Notes under the pieces: model-generated
Database searches by the model: none
Told to the model about the DNA's origin: nothing
Seen by the model: only the letters and a program-made list of their open reading frames with translations
Position numbers and translations under genes: made by a program
Source: Catajapyx aquilonaris
Taxonomy: Eukaryota
Assembly: GCA_000934665.2 (NCBI GenBank)
Contig: KZ538072.1
Coordinates: 115,016 to 135,015, forward strand
Direction: 5' to 3'
DNA length: 20,000 bases
Shown here: positions 1-11,853 of the stretch, piece after piece
How positions within the stretch are numbered: position 1 is the first letter of the stretch
Layout: every line of letters starts with the position of its first letter

Positions 1-3000
1 CTACCTTGCTAAGGAGAAGATCGGAATAGCACTAAGTTCGAGTGGTACTCAAGATATGGCACTATAGCGAAAAATAAGTTATTATACACCAGCCACTCTG
101 GCAAGCAAACTTAGCAGCTTTCCATGACAAAATGGCGGCCCAAGCAAAAAAGACAAAGACGACAAAAATGAAGTGCAGAAAATGTGATGGTATTTATCTT
201 TTTCTTAATGCAGAAATGAATTTTTCGGAATTTTTTAAATGATCGCCATATGGAATAAAAACTTTTATGATACCATACTGTACTTTCTTCTCCTTGCAAT
301 TTAAAAAAAAATCATTGAAAAATGTAGAGAAGGTCTAAGACCGGATGTCCAATGGACATTTAATTTTGCAAAGAGTGATTGCAAAAAAATATGAAATTAT
401 TAAAATGGCTTCTACACCTCCCCTATACACTGCGTTCTTTCCAAGTATTACTAAATAATTGCACCAATGGCTTCTCGGGTCTCAGGAAAGTAAAATCATG
501 GAACACTTTGACATTTTCTCATCGAATCCTATTTCTTTCCCACCACCACCTGGGTTCGAGGAAATTCTTTTCCAGTTTCTCAATTAGACTCCCATTTTCT
601 CTCCCGCTCAATAGGGAACTGCGAATCGCTGCGACGGACATTTTCGTCCAACTGACAATAGGGTTGACCCTCCCTGTAAGCCCCCAGCAGGTCAGGTAGG
701 GTTGGCTCGAAAACGGCAGGGCCTCCAAATTAGCCTTGTGTGCCGTAAAGTTAGATGGAAACCAGCGGCAGGCGAAGAGGAAAAGAGGAGGAAATTAAAT
801 GACGTGGAACTTCCGACTAAGAGCATGCAAAGCCACAGGAAGACAACGCATGATCGAGGTCAACCCGCGGCTTTTTGGATTTCGATTTAGTCTCAAATGG
901 TTGCTCAACCCGACCCAAAAAAACGAGGAAAAAGAAATAGGCAAAAATCGGCCATCAATTACTTTGCGACATCCAGGAAACTCGTGACTTATCTGATTTT
1001 TTTTTGGAAGGACATTCACCACTCAAATATTCACGACACTCTTAAAAACCTCTTTCAAACCAAAATACCCACCTGAGCACTTGTGACATCCGATATAATC
1101 GTGAAAAAAAGACAACATCACCTGAGCCCATTTTTTAACTTCCATTACACAAATTCCACACATTCTCAAGAGTGTCTCGTAAGGAAGCGTTTAGACCACG
1201 GTCTCAAATCAAGTCTAGGTGCATCATTCTCTCGCTAGTATAGGTTCTACTTCCTACGAAAAGACCACGCTTGCAGGAATTTTTACTACCAATTTCCTAC
1301 CAAATATAGGTTACTGCAGGCACCTCCTGCTGCCATATACTGCACCGAGCAGCTGTGCACAAAATGCATCTATACCAAGTTTTTTTTTAAAGGCAGGTAC
1401 GCAGTACGCAGTTCAAAGAAACCAGGTCTGATCGGAGCAGAGGGGGAGCTACAAAGTGATAACCGATGACAGTCATGTAACCATAATGTTGGCTTTCAGT
1501 TGGCAGTTATGGCGATGTTAGTGGCACATGGTGCTGACTCAACAGGACCAGACGGTTTTTGAAATTCTACGGACGTTCCTTCCGACCTGAATCCAGTTTT
1601 ACATGATCGGTTGAGTTCCAGACATTCTGGTATATAGAGCCTTTTCTTCCCAAGTTTGGAGGAGGTTAGTGCAAGTATCGAATTTGCTTGGAAGGGGCCA
1701 TTAGACGGAGGGAAATTTGCTCCTGTCCAGTGTGCGGACTTGCTATTAACCTTACCAGGCACTTGGCCCACTAACAAAGACTTTTATGGTCTATTTTCGA
1801 GTTATGCGAATGGAAGGAAATGAGTAATGGGGCGTAAATCTGGGATGGGAGGCGCATCTACAGGGCGGTGTCGTAGGAAATCGGCTGCCCCTAGAGAGAA
1901 GAGGGTCATTTCGAGAAAATTTGGGCCCCTAGGACCCCTCTCAGACATATGGAGCAATATGGAGATGTAGCTGCTCTGGAGTCAAAAGTCGCGAATAATA
2001 AAATGTGAAAAATTGAACTGCAGTGGTTCATTACTTTCTCTCATGCTAGGGTTGTTGAATGCACAAAATATATGCTTTCACACTGCCAACAATGGGACTG
2101 GTGACCGCAGGAGAATAACGAGAAAATGTATACAGTATATTACCACAGTTGCAGAAATAGCCTCATTTTGCAGGATCAGAAAAAGTGACACATGAAATGG
2201 CTGTATTTGCATAATGCTAGGAAAAACTTTAAAATATACTAGGGAAAATATAAGACAACATCGTGCCCCATCCATCCCCTGTATCCGAGTGGAAAAGTAG
2301 GCAAAATAAAGCTGTTATAACATAACTCATAAAATATTGAAATAATTTTTTTTACAATTTTTCGGATTAACTACAGGGGGTCTCGTCTATCAGCCCTTTA
2401 GGTACTTATTTTTACTGGAAAGTCAGGAATTCCAAAAGTAAATACCGTTTGGCCGTTTAAATCTTTCAAATATTTTGTCCCAAAATCAGCATATAGCCAC
2501 ATGATGTCGCATGTCTTTAGTTATATCTCCACATATACACCCCGTGTAGATCAAAACACTTTTCGAACTGTTGGACCATACTTTGTAAACCTGTGTCGAG
2601 CACTTTCGCCCTTTGTCCTATTCCTTTGTCACTTGGTCACTCCTTAGGGTATCGCCCGCCAATTTTTTTTAGGGCTGCAAAACAAGTGGTTATTCGGTAA
2701 AAGGTCCTGCCAATGGTCTGAGTGCTAAAAGATACCCCACTTGAACTGTTTCAGACGTTGAGTAATCCCCGCCTATGAACTGCCATTTGCAGTCAGCTAC
2801 TGTCGTGTGTCCTGCTAAACTTATTCTAGTGGAACATCGTTGATTCAAACAGTCCAAACCATGGTCCAGACCTTACAAGTGACCTTTACTTATTTTACCA
2901 TCTACAAAAAATAATTGCCAGGAAAGAATATAGAAGTGTAGACCAAAGAATGCTTTTGGCGGCAAGAGTGCTTACAAAATCTGGAACTATAATTCGAAAT

Positions 3001-3249
3001 ATGTTTCCATAAGGTTTGTGTAGCGTGATAGCTAAAGGCATAGTAGTTATGGCTGTTGCATTTTGTGGAAAATTCTTTAAAACAATTTATAGCCAAACAG
3101 TATAGTTGCTTTAGGAATACTGTAAAACAAAACGACTACCAAGCCAGTGTCCTTACAGTATTTATTTCCAAGTTAACATAGGATCAGACTTGCAAAAAAA
3201 TCCTGCGGATTGTTATTTCAGGTCATCTATTCAGTTATTTACCTTCTCC

Positions 3250-3262
3250 ATTATTATTATTA

Positions 3263-3321
<59 letters not shown>
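3250..3321. repeat. (ATT)n microsatellite, 24 units with one ATC interruption
   Basis: Directly visible trinucleotide tandem repeat of 72 bp. Confidence 0.98.
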
Positions 3322-3322
<1 letters not shown>

Positions 3323-4419
3323 TAAGTGATAATATTGGACAATGCCAGTACTCTGCCTGAACAGCATGCCCCTTGACATATCACAAAACCACATACCGCC
3401 CATGTACGTGGGCTAATGAAAAACAACAACATCAGCTCTACAGTATGTCGACGCAAACATCGCATAAAATGTAGAAAGGTCCGCTTTTGTCCACCATTAT
3501 CTGCATGCAAAATATCCCGCATCCTAAAACAATAGGCAGACCGAATCCTCTAAAAATGATCTCTCCTCCGATTCCTCCTTTTTGTTTTGCCCCTGCGCAC
3601 TCCTGTCCACGCATACACTTACCGACGCCATATACCCGAGAGAAAAAGCATGTAACTCAATTTGCGCCAAGTGTATTTGTCGGTTCCCAGCAAATCTGAC
3701 GGATACCAATAGCAACAAAATAGCAAATGGTCGGATTTTGAGTGAGGCAATAAGCGTCAGTGACAAAGTGCAAGAGAGGTTGCAATAAGTGCCGACTTTC
3801 TTCCGGCTCGTAAACAAGGGAGGAAACTGGCAGTGCTTTGCAGGCAGCAGTTTTGGCAGAGTTTATTTCTCCGAAGTCCAGGAAGTCCTGGCACATCCTT
3901 TGCCAAACAAACTCAGCGCCCTCTTTAAACTCCCCTAGCTTTTAAAGGACATTCATTCTCTAATTCCACCTTGTAATTTTGCAACCCGCTGTCGAGCATC
4001 ATTCAAGCCTCTGCACCCCACCCCCACCCCCAGCCCACAGCACTATCACGTCCTCATCAATATTGCCTGGCGAGTTTGACAACATTTGCATACTCTTCTG
4101 AAGCGGCCCGCTTAACTCGATTACCGGCGCCTTCAGTAGTTGGGTCCAATCTTACACATTTTTCATACAGGCGTTTGCTAAATCTGTCAAATTAATAAAT
4201 ATTAACCCAGACATAGCGTCCTATATGTATGACATTTTTTATCCATTGTGATTAATTTGCTCATAAAAATAATTAAGGCATATTTGGGTTAATAAGTACA
4301 TGGTAATTATATTAATGAATGTGACTGTGTTGGAAGCGGCTCAAAACAATACGTCCAGCCCTTGAACTTGCGGAGCGCCTCCAGAATGCAAATCCATGTC
4401 CTCCAGCCGTTTCTTTCAA

Positions 4420-4460
4420 GCCTGGATACACTCCGGATTAAGCCGGAGTCAACTCCAGGC
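4420..4460. repeat. Small two-stem inverted repeat (hairpin)
   Basis: GCCTGGA (4420-4426) pairs with TCCAGGC (4454-4460). The inner ACTCCGG/CCGGAGT stem closes an ATTAAG loop. Confidence 0.6.
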
Positions 4461-5228
4461 AATAAGCCCGACTTCACCAGTCAACATAGGCTTTCCAATA
4501 TTATTCGATGTCTAAATAGAACCCGGGAACGTTCTGGCCCCGGGGCGGGTGTCCTATAGGAAGAGCCAAAGTCATCAAACTTCCGGTCTAGTCACCGGTT
4601 CTGTCCTTGTCACCAGATCCCCCTCTACCAGACACGTGCTTAAATTCAGCTTCTCAAAAATTGTTGGCTCTATGCCCGACCTGTGTTAAAATAGGATGCT
4701 GCACTAGCAAATCACGTGATCTTCAAGTTTTGCCCATCCTTCATAGTGTCGATACGATTTTTTTTTATTTTTATGAGGACGGGTTTTTTTTTCCAGCTAA
4801 GTCAGAAACCGATCCTTGAATTGGGTGGACTTGGTTTGGCAGCAATACTCAAGGGGTAACTTGGGTGCATGAAAAAGCTTTTTCTTCAAATCCCGTTGGG
4901 ACAATGACTCTCTTCTGAGGGGGGGACCTTAGAAGAGTGTGTTTTTTTTTTGTTGGTCAGGACCAAATACGTAATATTTCCTGCCTATAGAAAAAAAGGC
5001 TGCACATAAAGGCTTGTGACCTCGCCATGTCGTTACAGGATCGATAATCAATAGTGCTGATAAGCTTACTATTCCAGAGCCATGCTCAATGATGGGTTTA
5101 CCATAGCCCCAGTTCGGGACCCAAGTGGGTCGACGTCTCTTTAATGAACGTGGGGAAGTCATTCTACGTTTGGGTTTTCCACAGATCAATTAATTTGGCT
5201 GCTTCGAACGAACAGCGATTATGGATCA

Positions 5229-5376
5229 ATGGGCCGGAATGGTTTCTTGTTGTTGTTTATTGTTTTCTTCTCCGAGGTCCGCTCGGCCAAAATACAGAGT
5301 GAGCCAAATGGCTTGTTCGACCGATGTACCAGTCGGACAAGTATTTTGGATCAGCCTGTATATCTGGATACCACGG
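5229..5376 (+). CDS. Candidate coding exon encoding a signal-peptide-like N-terminus (MGRNGFLLLFIVFFSEVRS-AKIQ...LDTT)
   Basis: Upstream acceptor-like GGTTTTCCACAG ends at 5184, ATG is at 5229, and a donor-like G|GTATGG is at 5377 (phase 1). The peptide has an n/h/c-region pattern with V-x-S before the predicted cleavage. No homology recognised and no phase-compatible next exon identified. Confidence 0.3.
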
Positions 5377-6983
5377 GTATGGAACTTGTCATGCATAGTG
5401 GAGGTCGAAGTAGTTTCACTTGTGGCCACAGCAGCCTGTCGCTAAACTCTTCTAAGCTCCAACGGGCTTCAGTGGCGTGAAAGGCTTTTCCGAATCAGAA
5501 GCGGTGGATTAGAGCCCAAATTACATCTGGACATGACAAGTGTTACCCTACAGGCTTTTCCGTCATATAAATAAGCACAAGTCAAAGTCAAGGTGTCACA
5601 CTGTACTCTCAGCCCCTAAATTACTTCACCTTTACTACCACCTGAAAAAAATTGCCCCCTATTTTAGTAGAAAGAAAATGAGATTATGGAGCAACAAAAA
5701 CAAACGTGGCGAAGGTTCGGATTTGCTCCTTGGACCTAGCTTCACAACTGATGTGATTGCTATCTCGCCAGCGTAGGTTGGATCTACTAGCTTCCTTTGT
5801 CACCCTGAAGTAGTCCCAAAGGTGCCCGCCACTGACACCTTTCCCCCCTCTTACGACCTGCCCCGTATAGGGCCACAATTTTCAGTCGCAGGAAGGCTGC
5901 TGTGAAGAGACCAAATTGGCAATGGACAAACTCTTGACCAATTCATGGGGAACTCTGAAATATTGTTTGTCCTCTGCCAGTGTTCAAAAAGTCGGCTTAC
6001 GACTCTACCCTGAAGCCAACTTACATTATAATAATATTGAGTTCCTGGTAGCTTGAAGGGACAACTTGAATTGCTTCTGAGGCGTACAGTATAAACAATG
6101 TTGCACAATACCAGGGCATCCCTCACACAAACGTTGGGGCTTCGCAAATTGAAAGGGAAATTTTCAATTCAGCGTTTCTTTTTTGGTGTGCTCCGGTATG
6201 ACCTCCCGGGTAAGCTTTTTGGAGTATAGCACACACAGCTTATACTGCATTCATTCTGACGTCAATCTGACATCATGCAGGCTACCTAAACATTTTGATT
6301 AGCCCTGCTGCTATATGGCCGTGGATAGCAATAAGTCGCTGCTAAAATATGCATTTGTAATGCGAACAACAAAACCTCAGGCTCTTCCACAAACGTTAAA
6401 AAATTGACTGCTCCATAAACACAAAGGATTATAGCAAAAAAAAAGGCGGCTGAGCCCCCCCCCCCCACACATTTTTATACACGATAATACCAGCAGCTTC
6501 GGGCCTCCCGCGAAATTACTGTTGGCCCAAGCAGCATTTGGAAGCCAATATGGTGAATTTATCAGTTAGCTCTATCCAATAATTGTACAGCTAGCTTGAT
6601 AAATGGCCCAAACTTTCTTCAATACAACCTTCCAATGAAATTTCATTTTCTATGCACGGTCCTCCGCCTTTCTGTTTGGGTAATGTACTGCCACTTTTAC
6701 ACTCTATTTCTATACCACCCTCCAAATTCGCATACATCAAAGTCGCTCTTGGTTCAAAATATACGGGCTGAGACATTTCCGCTTTTTTTATTTTTATTTG
6801 CGCAACTTATGCAATGTCCCAAGTGCGTCAACCTTCCAAAATAGGGAGGTAGACACACGCTAAATCTGGTGCATATTAATTACACTACATATTTCTACCC
6901 CAGGTATGTTCCTAAAATGTCTTTGATTAATTAGCAACAAATGACACCCTCCCATGTTTCGGTTTTACAACTAACTTTCCTAG

Positions 6984-7149
6984 AAAATCGACCGGCCACA
7001 TGGACCTGAAGCGTACCTCAGAAGCAGAAGAAGCGGTTCAAATGAAGGGCGACGTCAACGGCGACTAGATGAAGCTGCGATGAATCTAGTGGTCTCTTCA
7101 GCACCGCACCTCGAAGCGGGTCATTGCCCGTACAGGAATAAGAGGGCAG
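6984..7149 (+). CDS. Candidate exon, product unknown
   Basis: Preceded by CTAAC+TTTCCTAG (branch point plus acceptor, 6971-6983) and followed by CAG|GTATGA (GT at 7150). It is purine/GAAG-rich. It is open in phase 0 (KIDRPHGPEAYLRSRRSGSNEGRRQRRLDEAAMNLVVSSAPHLEAGHCPYRNKRA), or ends at TAG 7066-7068 in phase 2. Confidence 0.25.
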
Positions 7150-7293
7150 GTATGATGAGGACAACTCCGGCACGAAATGGCTGTCAAACTCTTACTTGCC
7201 TGTGCCTGCCTCTGAATGCAGCTGCCTACTCTCTCCCTCTCCTCTTCCTATGCTTTTCAATCCTGCGCACTACAAAATCTGTACCGGCCAACC

Positions 7294-7338
7294 GGGCGGC
7301 GCGCGCCGGCGACACCCCCTCTTCTGGATACGGCACGG
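7294..7338 (+). mobile_element. Remnant right end of a GC-rich MITE (GGGGCGCGCGCCGG...CACCCCC..CTGGATCCGCCACTG type)
   Basis: GGGCGGCGCGCGCCGGCGACACCCCCTCTTCTGGATACGGCACGG resembles, from memory, a terminus common in invertebrate non-autonomous DNA transposons. No matching left end was found. Confidence 0.3.
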
Positions 7339-7396
7339 CTGCTTTTAGAACATAGAAATGGGGGAAGGAGAAATCCAGATGGGGAGGGGGGGGGGG

Positions 7397-7502
7397 NNNN
7401 NNNNNNNNNNNNNNNNNNNNNNNNNNNNNNNNNNNNNNNNNNNNNNNNNNNNNNNNNNNNNNNNNNNNNNNNNNNNNNNNNNNNNNNNNNNNNNNNNNNN
7501 NN
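7397..7502. other. Assembly gap (106 N) flanked by G runs
   Basis: N run with G11 on the left (7386-7396) and G6 on the right (7503-7508). Confidence 0.99.
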
Positions 7503-10500
7503 GGGGGGCTATGATTTATAGGATGACGACTAGCGGGGCTGGGTGAAGGGTCAGTGCCTATACGGTGTGATTAACTGTCTTCCATTCCCTTTCTACCTTC
7601 GGAGTGCAGGAGTTTGTTGCGCAATTGAATCGCCTTGGAGGTTTTTAAAATAATGAAGTTTGCAGTGTAGGTTAATTATGTATTAATTATTCGAGTGTTG
7701 TTGAACAGGTGATTCGCTTCGTAATATTGCGGAGCTAATTACTGATGCGGTGAATTATGCAGCGTTATACTCTGAGAAATGTCGGGAGGCATAGTCCAAT
7801 TTTATGGCAGTTATGGGCGTCACTAATAACATTTTTAATACTCTAGTCTGGTGAAGGTTATTAATTTTAATCCTAAAGATTCAAAATGAGCCCGCAAGCA
7901 TGATCCCCTTTTTTTTTTGCCTTCCCTAGCATGCAAACAATAAGTACAAGGTCAAATATTTGCTTAATTGGTTTATCTCGAAACTAGTTTTAGATCAGTG
8001 GATTTCTGTCGTATGTTCACAATATGCAAATGCAATACTATGATTAAAACGTTAATTATCAATAATAACGATTACTCCAGATCACCTGTAACAAGAATTT
8101 GCATTTATTTCATCTATATTTCAGAACAATGAAATTTTTTAAACGGTTTGTAATAATTAATCGATGAGTATTTAAAAAAAGAATATTACACTGTACCGGT
8201 AATTGAAAGAATTCAGTATGAGAGTTAGGATATAGCACAACCTATCACATTAGCTTTCAAAATAAGCTGTAGAGGGCTGGAAGTGAATGGGCAGCAGAAA
8301 GGCTTCAGAGGGAGTTGGCAAAAGGGGACTTTCTAAAGAGTTGATCAGGTATACTGTAGTTCCAGGATGACAAGTTCAGTGATTAGCAAAAAGGTTTTCC
8401 TCAGCCTTGGCGTAATGTTACCTCTGTCCTCAGCCTTCTTTTTCTCCTCAAACTCGTAATGGTGGAAACTCTAATACGAATTTATGCCGTTGCCGTAGAT
8501 TTGTATAAAACAGAATTACAACTGACACGCTCGACTACTTTCGACTTTTCTTTCCGTCGGTAACGGCCCTGTGGCGACACAGTCAGTTATTAACCGATTG
8601 GGGCTGGGTCTTTTGTCATCTGTTCGGAGCAGTTTGAAGAAGTATACCGTAATGAAATACGCAAATTCAGTTCCAGAACTTTTCCCAAACTGCAGTCGGG
8701 TTTAAAGTCGAACTTTCAATGTGTTAGTGCGGATTTCCATCAAGCGTTTATTGATTGTCATCTTTCTATCCAAATGATGGAGATACGCCCCTGCTGTTTT
8801 CTTTTTTAAAAAAAAGTTATGCAGTACATTCATCAGAAGCTGTTCCAGTTCAGATTTTTCATTCCGTATTGCCATGATTGCATTCGCTAATTCGGATTTC
8901 GTTCTGCCTCGGATTTCCTCCTTTTCCCCACTTTTTATTCTTCTTTTTTTCCTCATCCGGAATTTACATTGTCAACAACGAGTCTTCCAGAAGCGACTCT
9001 AGTCTCATGAAAGTCAAACATTATCTGTCATTTCCCCATGCAAAACGAGCTTAAGACAATATCGAATCATTTAGCACTGTCGGTACATAAACTTGAATTT
9101 GTTACATCCTCGCGTCTGCAAACGAAGCTCCAGCACTAAATCACAACTCTCCTGCTGGTTCACACCTTTAAAAAAGTGGGTCGGTAAAAATAAAAAAAAT
9201 GAAAAAAAAAACACAAAAAAAAGCTTGTACAATATTAGCCCCACTCTAGCTGCACGGTGGATGTCGACGTGGGAATAGGCTCCCCAGGTAAAAGTTATGA
9301 CAGGCTCATTTCGCGGCTTCTCGTGTTTGAAATTGCCCATGAAAGACTCATCAAGCCTTCCGCATCTATTATTTACCATGCCACCACTAGTCGCGCCCCC
9401 AAACACCATCCAGGTTTAACCAGGTGAAAAATGGCACCAAATCAACAAGTCACTATCCTCTTAGCCCCGTGTAAATGAAGGCTTCCCTCCCAAAGAAATA
9501 AGTTGCAAGCCACGTAAATCCTTGTCATCAACGCTGTTCAAATAAACACTAACGTACTATTGCTCACTTCTCATTGATAGTGACGGCCGGAATAGCCCTG
9601 GCGTGTCGGACAGTAATGAATATGACTTGTAAGCCCAACAGGTGAGAGAAAACACCTGAGCGTGAGGTATGGTACGGCACACGCGTGGGACACGCACACC
9701 TCACCAAAACACAATGATTAGCAGGCGATAATGGCCAGGCGGCTCCTTTTATCGGAATAGGCATTTTGTGGCCCCTGCTGTCTCATTCAGGCAAAAATCC
9801 GCCCAGGCAGTTGTACTAGCTCACTCGATATGCCCACATACAAACACACTCTCACGCACATCTATACCCTCCCACCTACCCCCACCCACGCAAGCAGGTA
9901 TTGATCCCTAGACATCAACCAACCAGCCAGGCTGCTATCATGTTCGGCAGCTTCCAATTTTCAATTTCCCATTCCATCATCACTATTGTTTTCGCATTAA
10001 ATGCTTGTTGCCCGCACCACACGATAAGGTATATGTGTCTGTTTTAGTGGTGGCCGCAAATGTGTACTTGCTTTGGTAATTGCGTGCGTGCCCCGCATTT
10101 GCCTATCTCTTCAACCCGCACAAAAATTGCCACCAATCGTGGGGTCCTAAACTTGGCGGGCACCAATAAGGGGTGGTGGGGCCCTTTGGTGTAGATCGGT
10201 ATTGTGCAACTTCATTATTCGTGTTTGTTTGCAATTATGTCGGGCACTGGTTGGGTGGAGCATGTCCACATGCTCAAATATTTCACATGCAAGATGAGAA
10301 GAATTGGATTGCCGGGGATTGGTAAGTAGAGGTTTGGCATGTTACACTTACAGGGTGTTCCAGATGAATTATTATTGGGTTGGCACATTTGGGCGCAAAG
10401 CTGCTAATTATTGGTCAGCAATTACTCTGCAGAATAATTGCAAAAAAATAATTAAATAATTGCATTGAATTGATCACAAAATTCTTAGGTTCAGTGTTGT

Positions 10501-10596
10501 AGCAACAAATTAAGAAAAACGACAATTATGTACACGTATTCACGATACAGAAATATTTTTGGTACAATCTGTCATTATAGGGAACATTTGGCATTA

Positions 10597-10757
10597 GGGC
10601 CAGGTTGCACAGGCTCCCGGAAAATTTGTCTGGCCGAAGAAGAGCCAGGATAGTTTGTTATTCATTGTTGTCAACAATTCTGTCAACAATGAATAAGAAA
10701 CTATCCTGGCTCTTCTTCGGCCAGACAAATTTTCCGGGAGCCGGTGCAACCCAGCCT
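10597..10757. mobile_element. Hairpin MITE with PIF/Harbinger (Tourist)-like termini
   Basis: Arms 10603-10673 and 10681-10751 are reverse complements at 68/71 positions around a 7-nt loop. Termini are GGGCCAGGTTGCAC...GTGCAACCCAGCCT. Flanks TTA/ATA are compatible with a slightly decayed 3-bp TWA duplication. Confidence 0.85.
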
Positions 10758-11543
10758 ATAGGTCAAGACTCAAGAGTTAAACAGTATAGACAACAAGATT
10801 GTTTGCTTCCATTCAATTTGACCTGTCCAAACCGGATCTGGATTCGGAGGAAACTTTTCTATTACTCATTTTTTGTTTGGTTCCGGCAAAAGGGGTTTCC
10901 TGGCAGTTTTTACAGCTCACTCCTCGGTTGATACAACCTGAAATGCAAACTGATCAATGACATAAGTTTCGAGAAACTTTAACATTCAGAGTATTTTTTT
11001 TGTAATTAGGCCGCAGTAATATTTTGTAATTTTTCTAGAAGAAAACTGACAAGACCATGATAGAGTAGCTCTCAAGAACTGTATTATACTGTACCTAACT
11101 CAATTTCAGCCAAAATGTGACTCCGATTGCCCCTCCTGTATTCCTTGCATCCTTATACAAGTACTACATCCGAGTTCTATACTGTTACAATATACCGATA
11201 TGCCAAGAGAACCGCAACCGACCGCAACCCAACATATAGCAACGCAATACTGAATGATCATAGGTATCGAAACAAACCATCATCCTCGGATAACCCAATT
11301 CTGACAGAAGATAAAACCTTATTCTGCACAAGGGCACAATTTCCCATCTTGAGCCAGTTGCACAAACTCCGCTCATGCGGAAGACTAGTGCTTGATCGCT
11401 TGTCTGCCCAAAACTGAGCCATACCAAGACTACAAAAATACCCTCCACCATGCATCAAATAATTACTCCAAATTATATGTCTGCCCACAACCTATTTATT
11501 GGCCTAGCCTCGTCTCAAGCTTACCAGGTCCACACCCCCCAAC

Positions 11544-11853
11544 CATGGTCTTAGAATACTAAGGTCTGGACACTCCCTCTTATCGCCTGCCGGAGAATTT
11601 TGCATGAGACAGCTTTTCATTGCGCTATTATGTGGCGACACTACCGGACTACGCTGAACTTAGGTAGAAGAGAAGCCGCTGCATGCGGGCCCAACATGAC
11701 CGCCGGCGACCATGTTGGGTCCCAAAATGTAGCGCTTCCCTTTTGTTAAAGTTCGGCGTAGTCCGGTAGGGTCGCCACATAATAGCGCAGTGAAAGGTCT
11801 CATGGCGCTCTCAGGTGAGCACCTCATGCAAAACACCCCGGCAGGCGATAAGA
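11544..11853. mobile_element. Fold-back (palindromic) non-autonomous element, copy 1
   Basis: Outer arms are 11578-11661 and 11749-11853 (TCTTATCGCCTGCCGG...CCGGCAGGCGATAAGA; CTACCGGACTACG/CGTAGTCCGGTAG). Inner arms are GAAGCCGCTGCAT/ATGTAGCGCTTC and CCCAACATG/CATGTTGGG around the centre CGCCGGCG (11701-11708). A second copy is at 19712-20000. Confidence 0.9.

Noticed and set aside
128..139. YY1-like CAAAATGGCGGC, plus CRE palindromes TGACGTCA at 6257-6264 and 12750-12757
   Set aside because: These are isolated short motifs, common in transposon-derived DNA or expected by chance, with no promoter context shown.
1724..1774. CPVCGLAINLTRHLAH zinc-finger-like peptide
   Set aside because: It lies in a short stop-bounded frame with non-standard spacing and no supporting splice sites.
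5219..5242. LWINGPEW resembles the BEL/Pao LWWxGPxWL motif
   Set aside because: The upstream NPAD..SRG motif is absent, the frame is closed by nearby stops, and there is no other pol similarity.
8702..8956. 84-aa minus-strand ORF with ELANAIMAIRNEK, reminiscent of a pogo/psq HTH
   Set aside because: The following HTH helices are missing, and the Lys/Glu richness is explained by T/C-rich low-complexity DNA.
10349..10361. TACAGGGTGTTCC, a Tc1/mariner-like terminus
   Set aside because: No partner inverted repeat was found, and it is too short to call alone.
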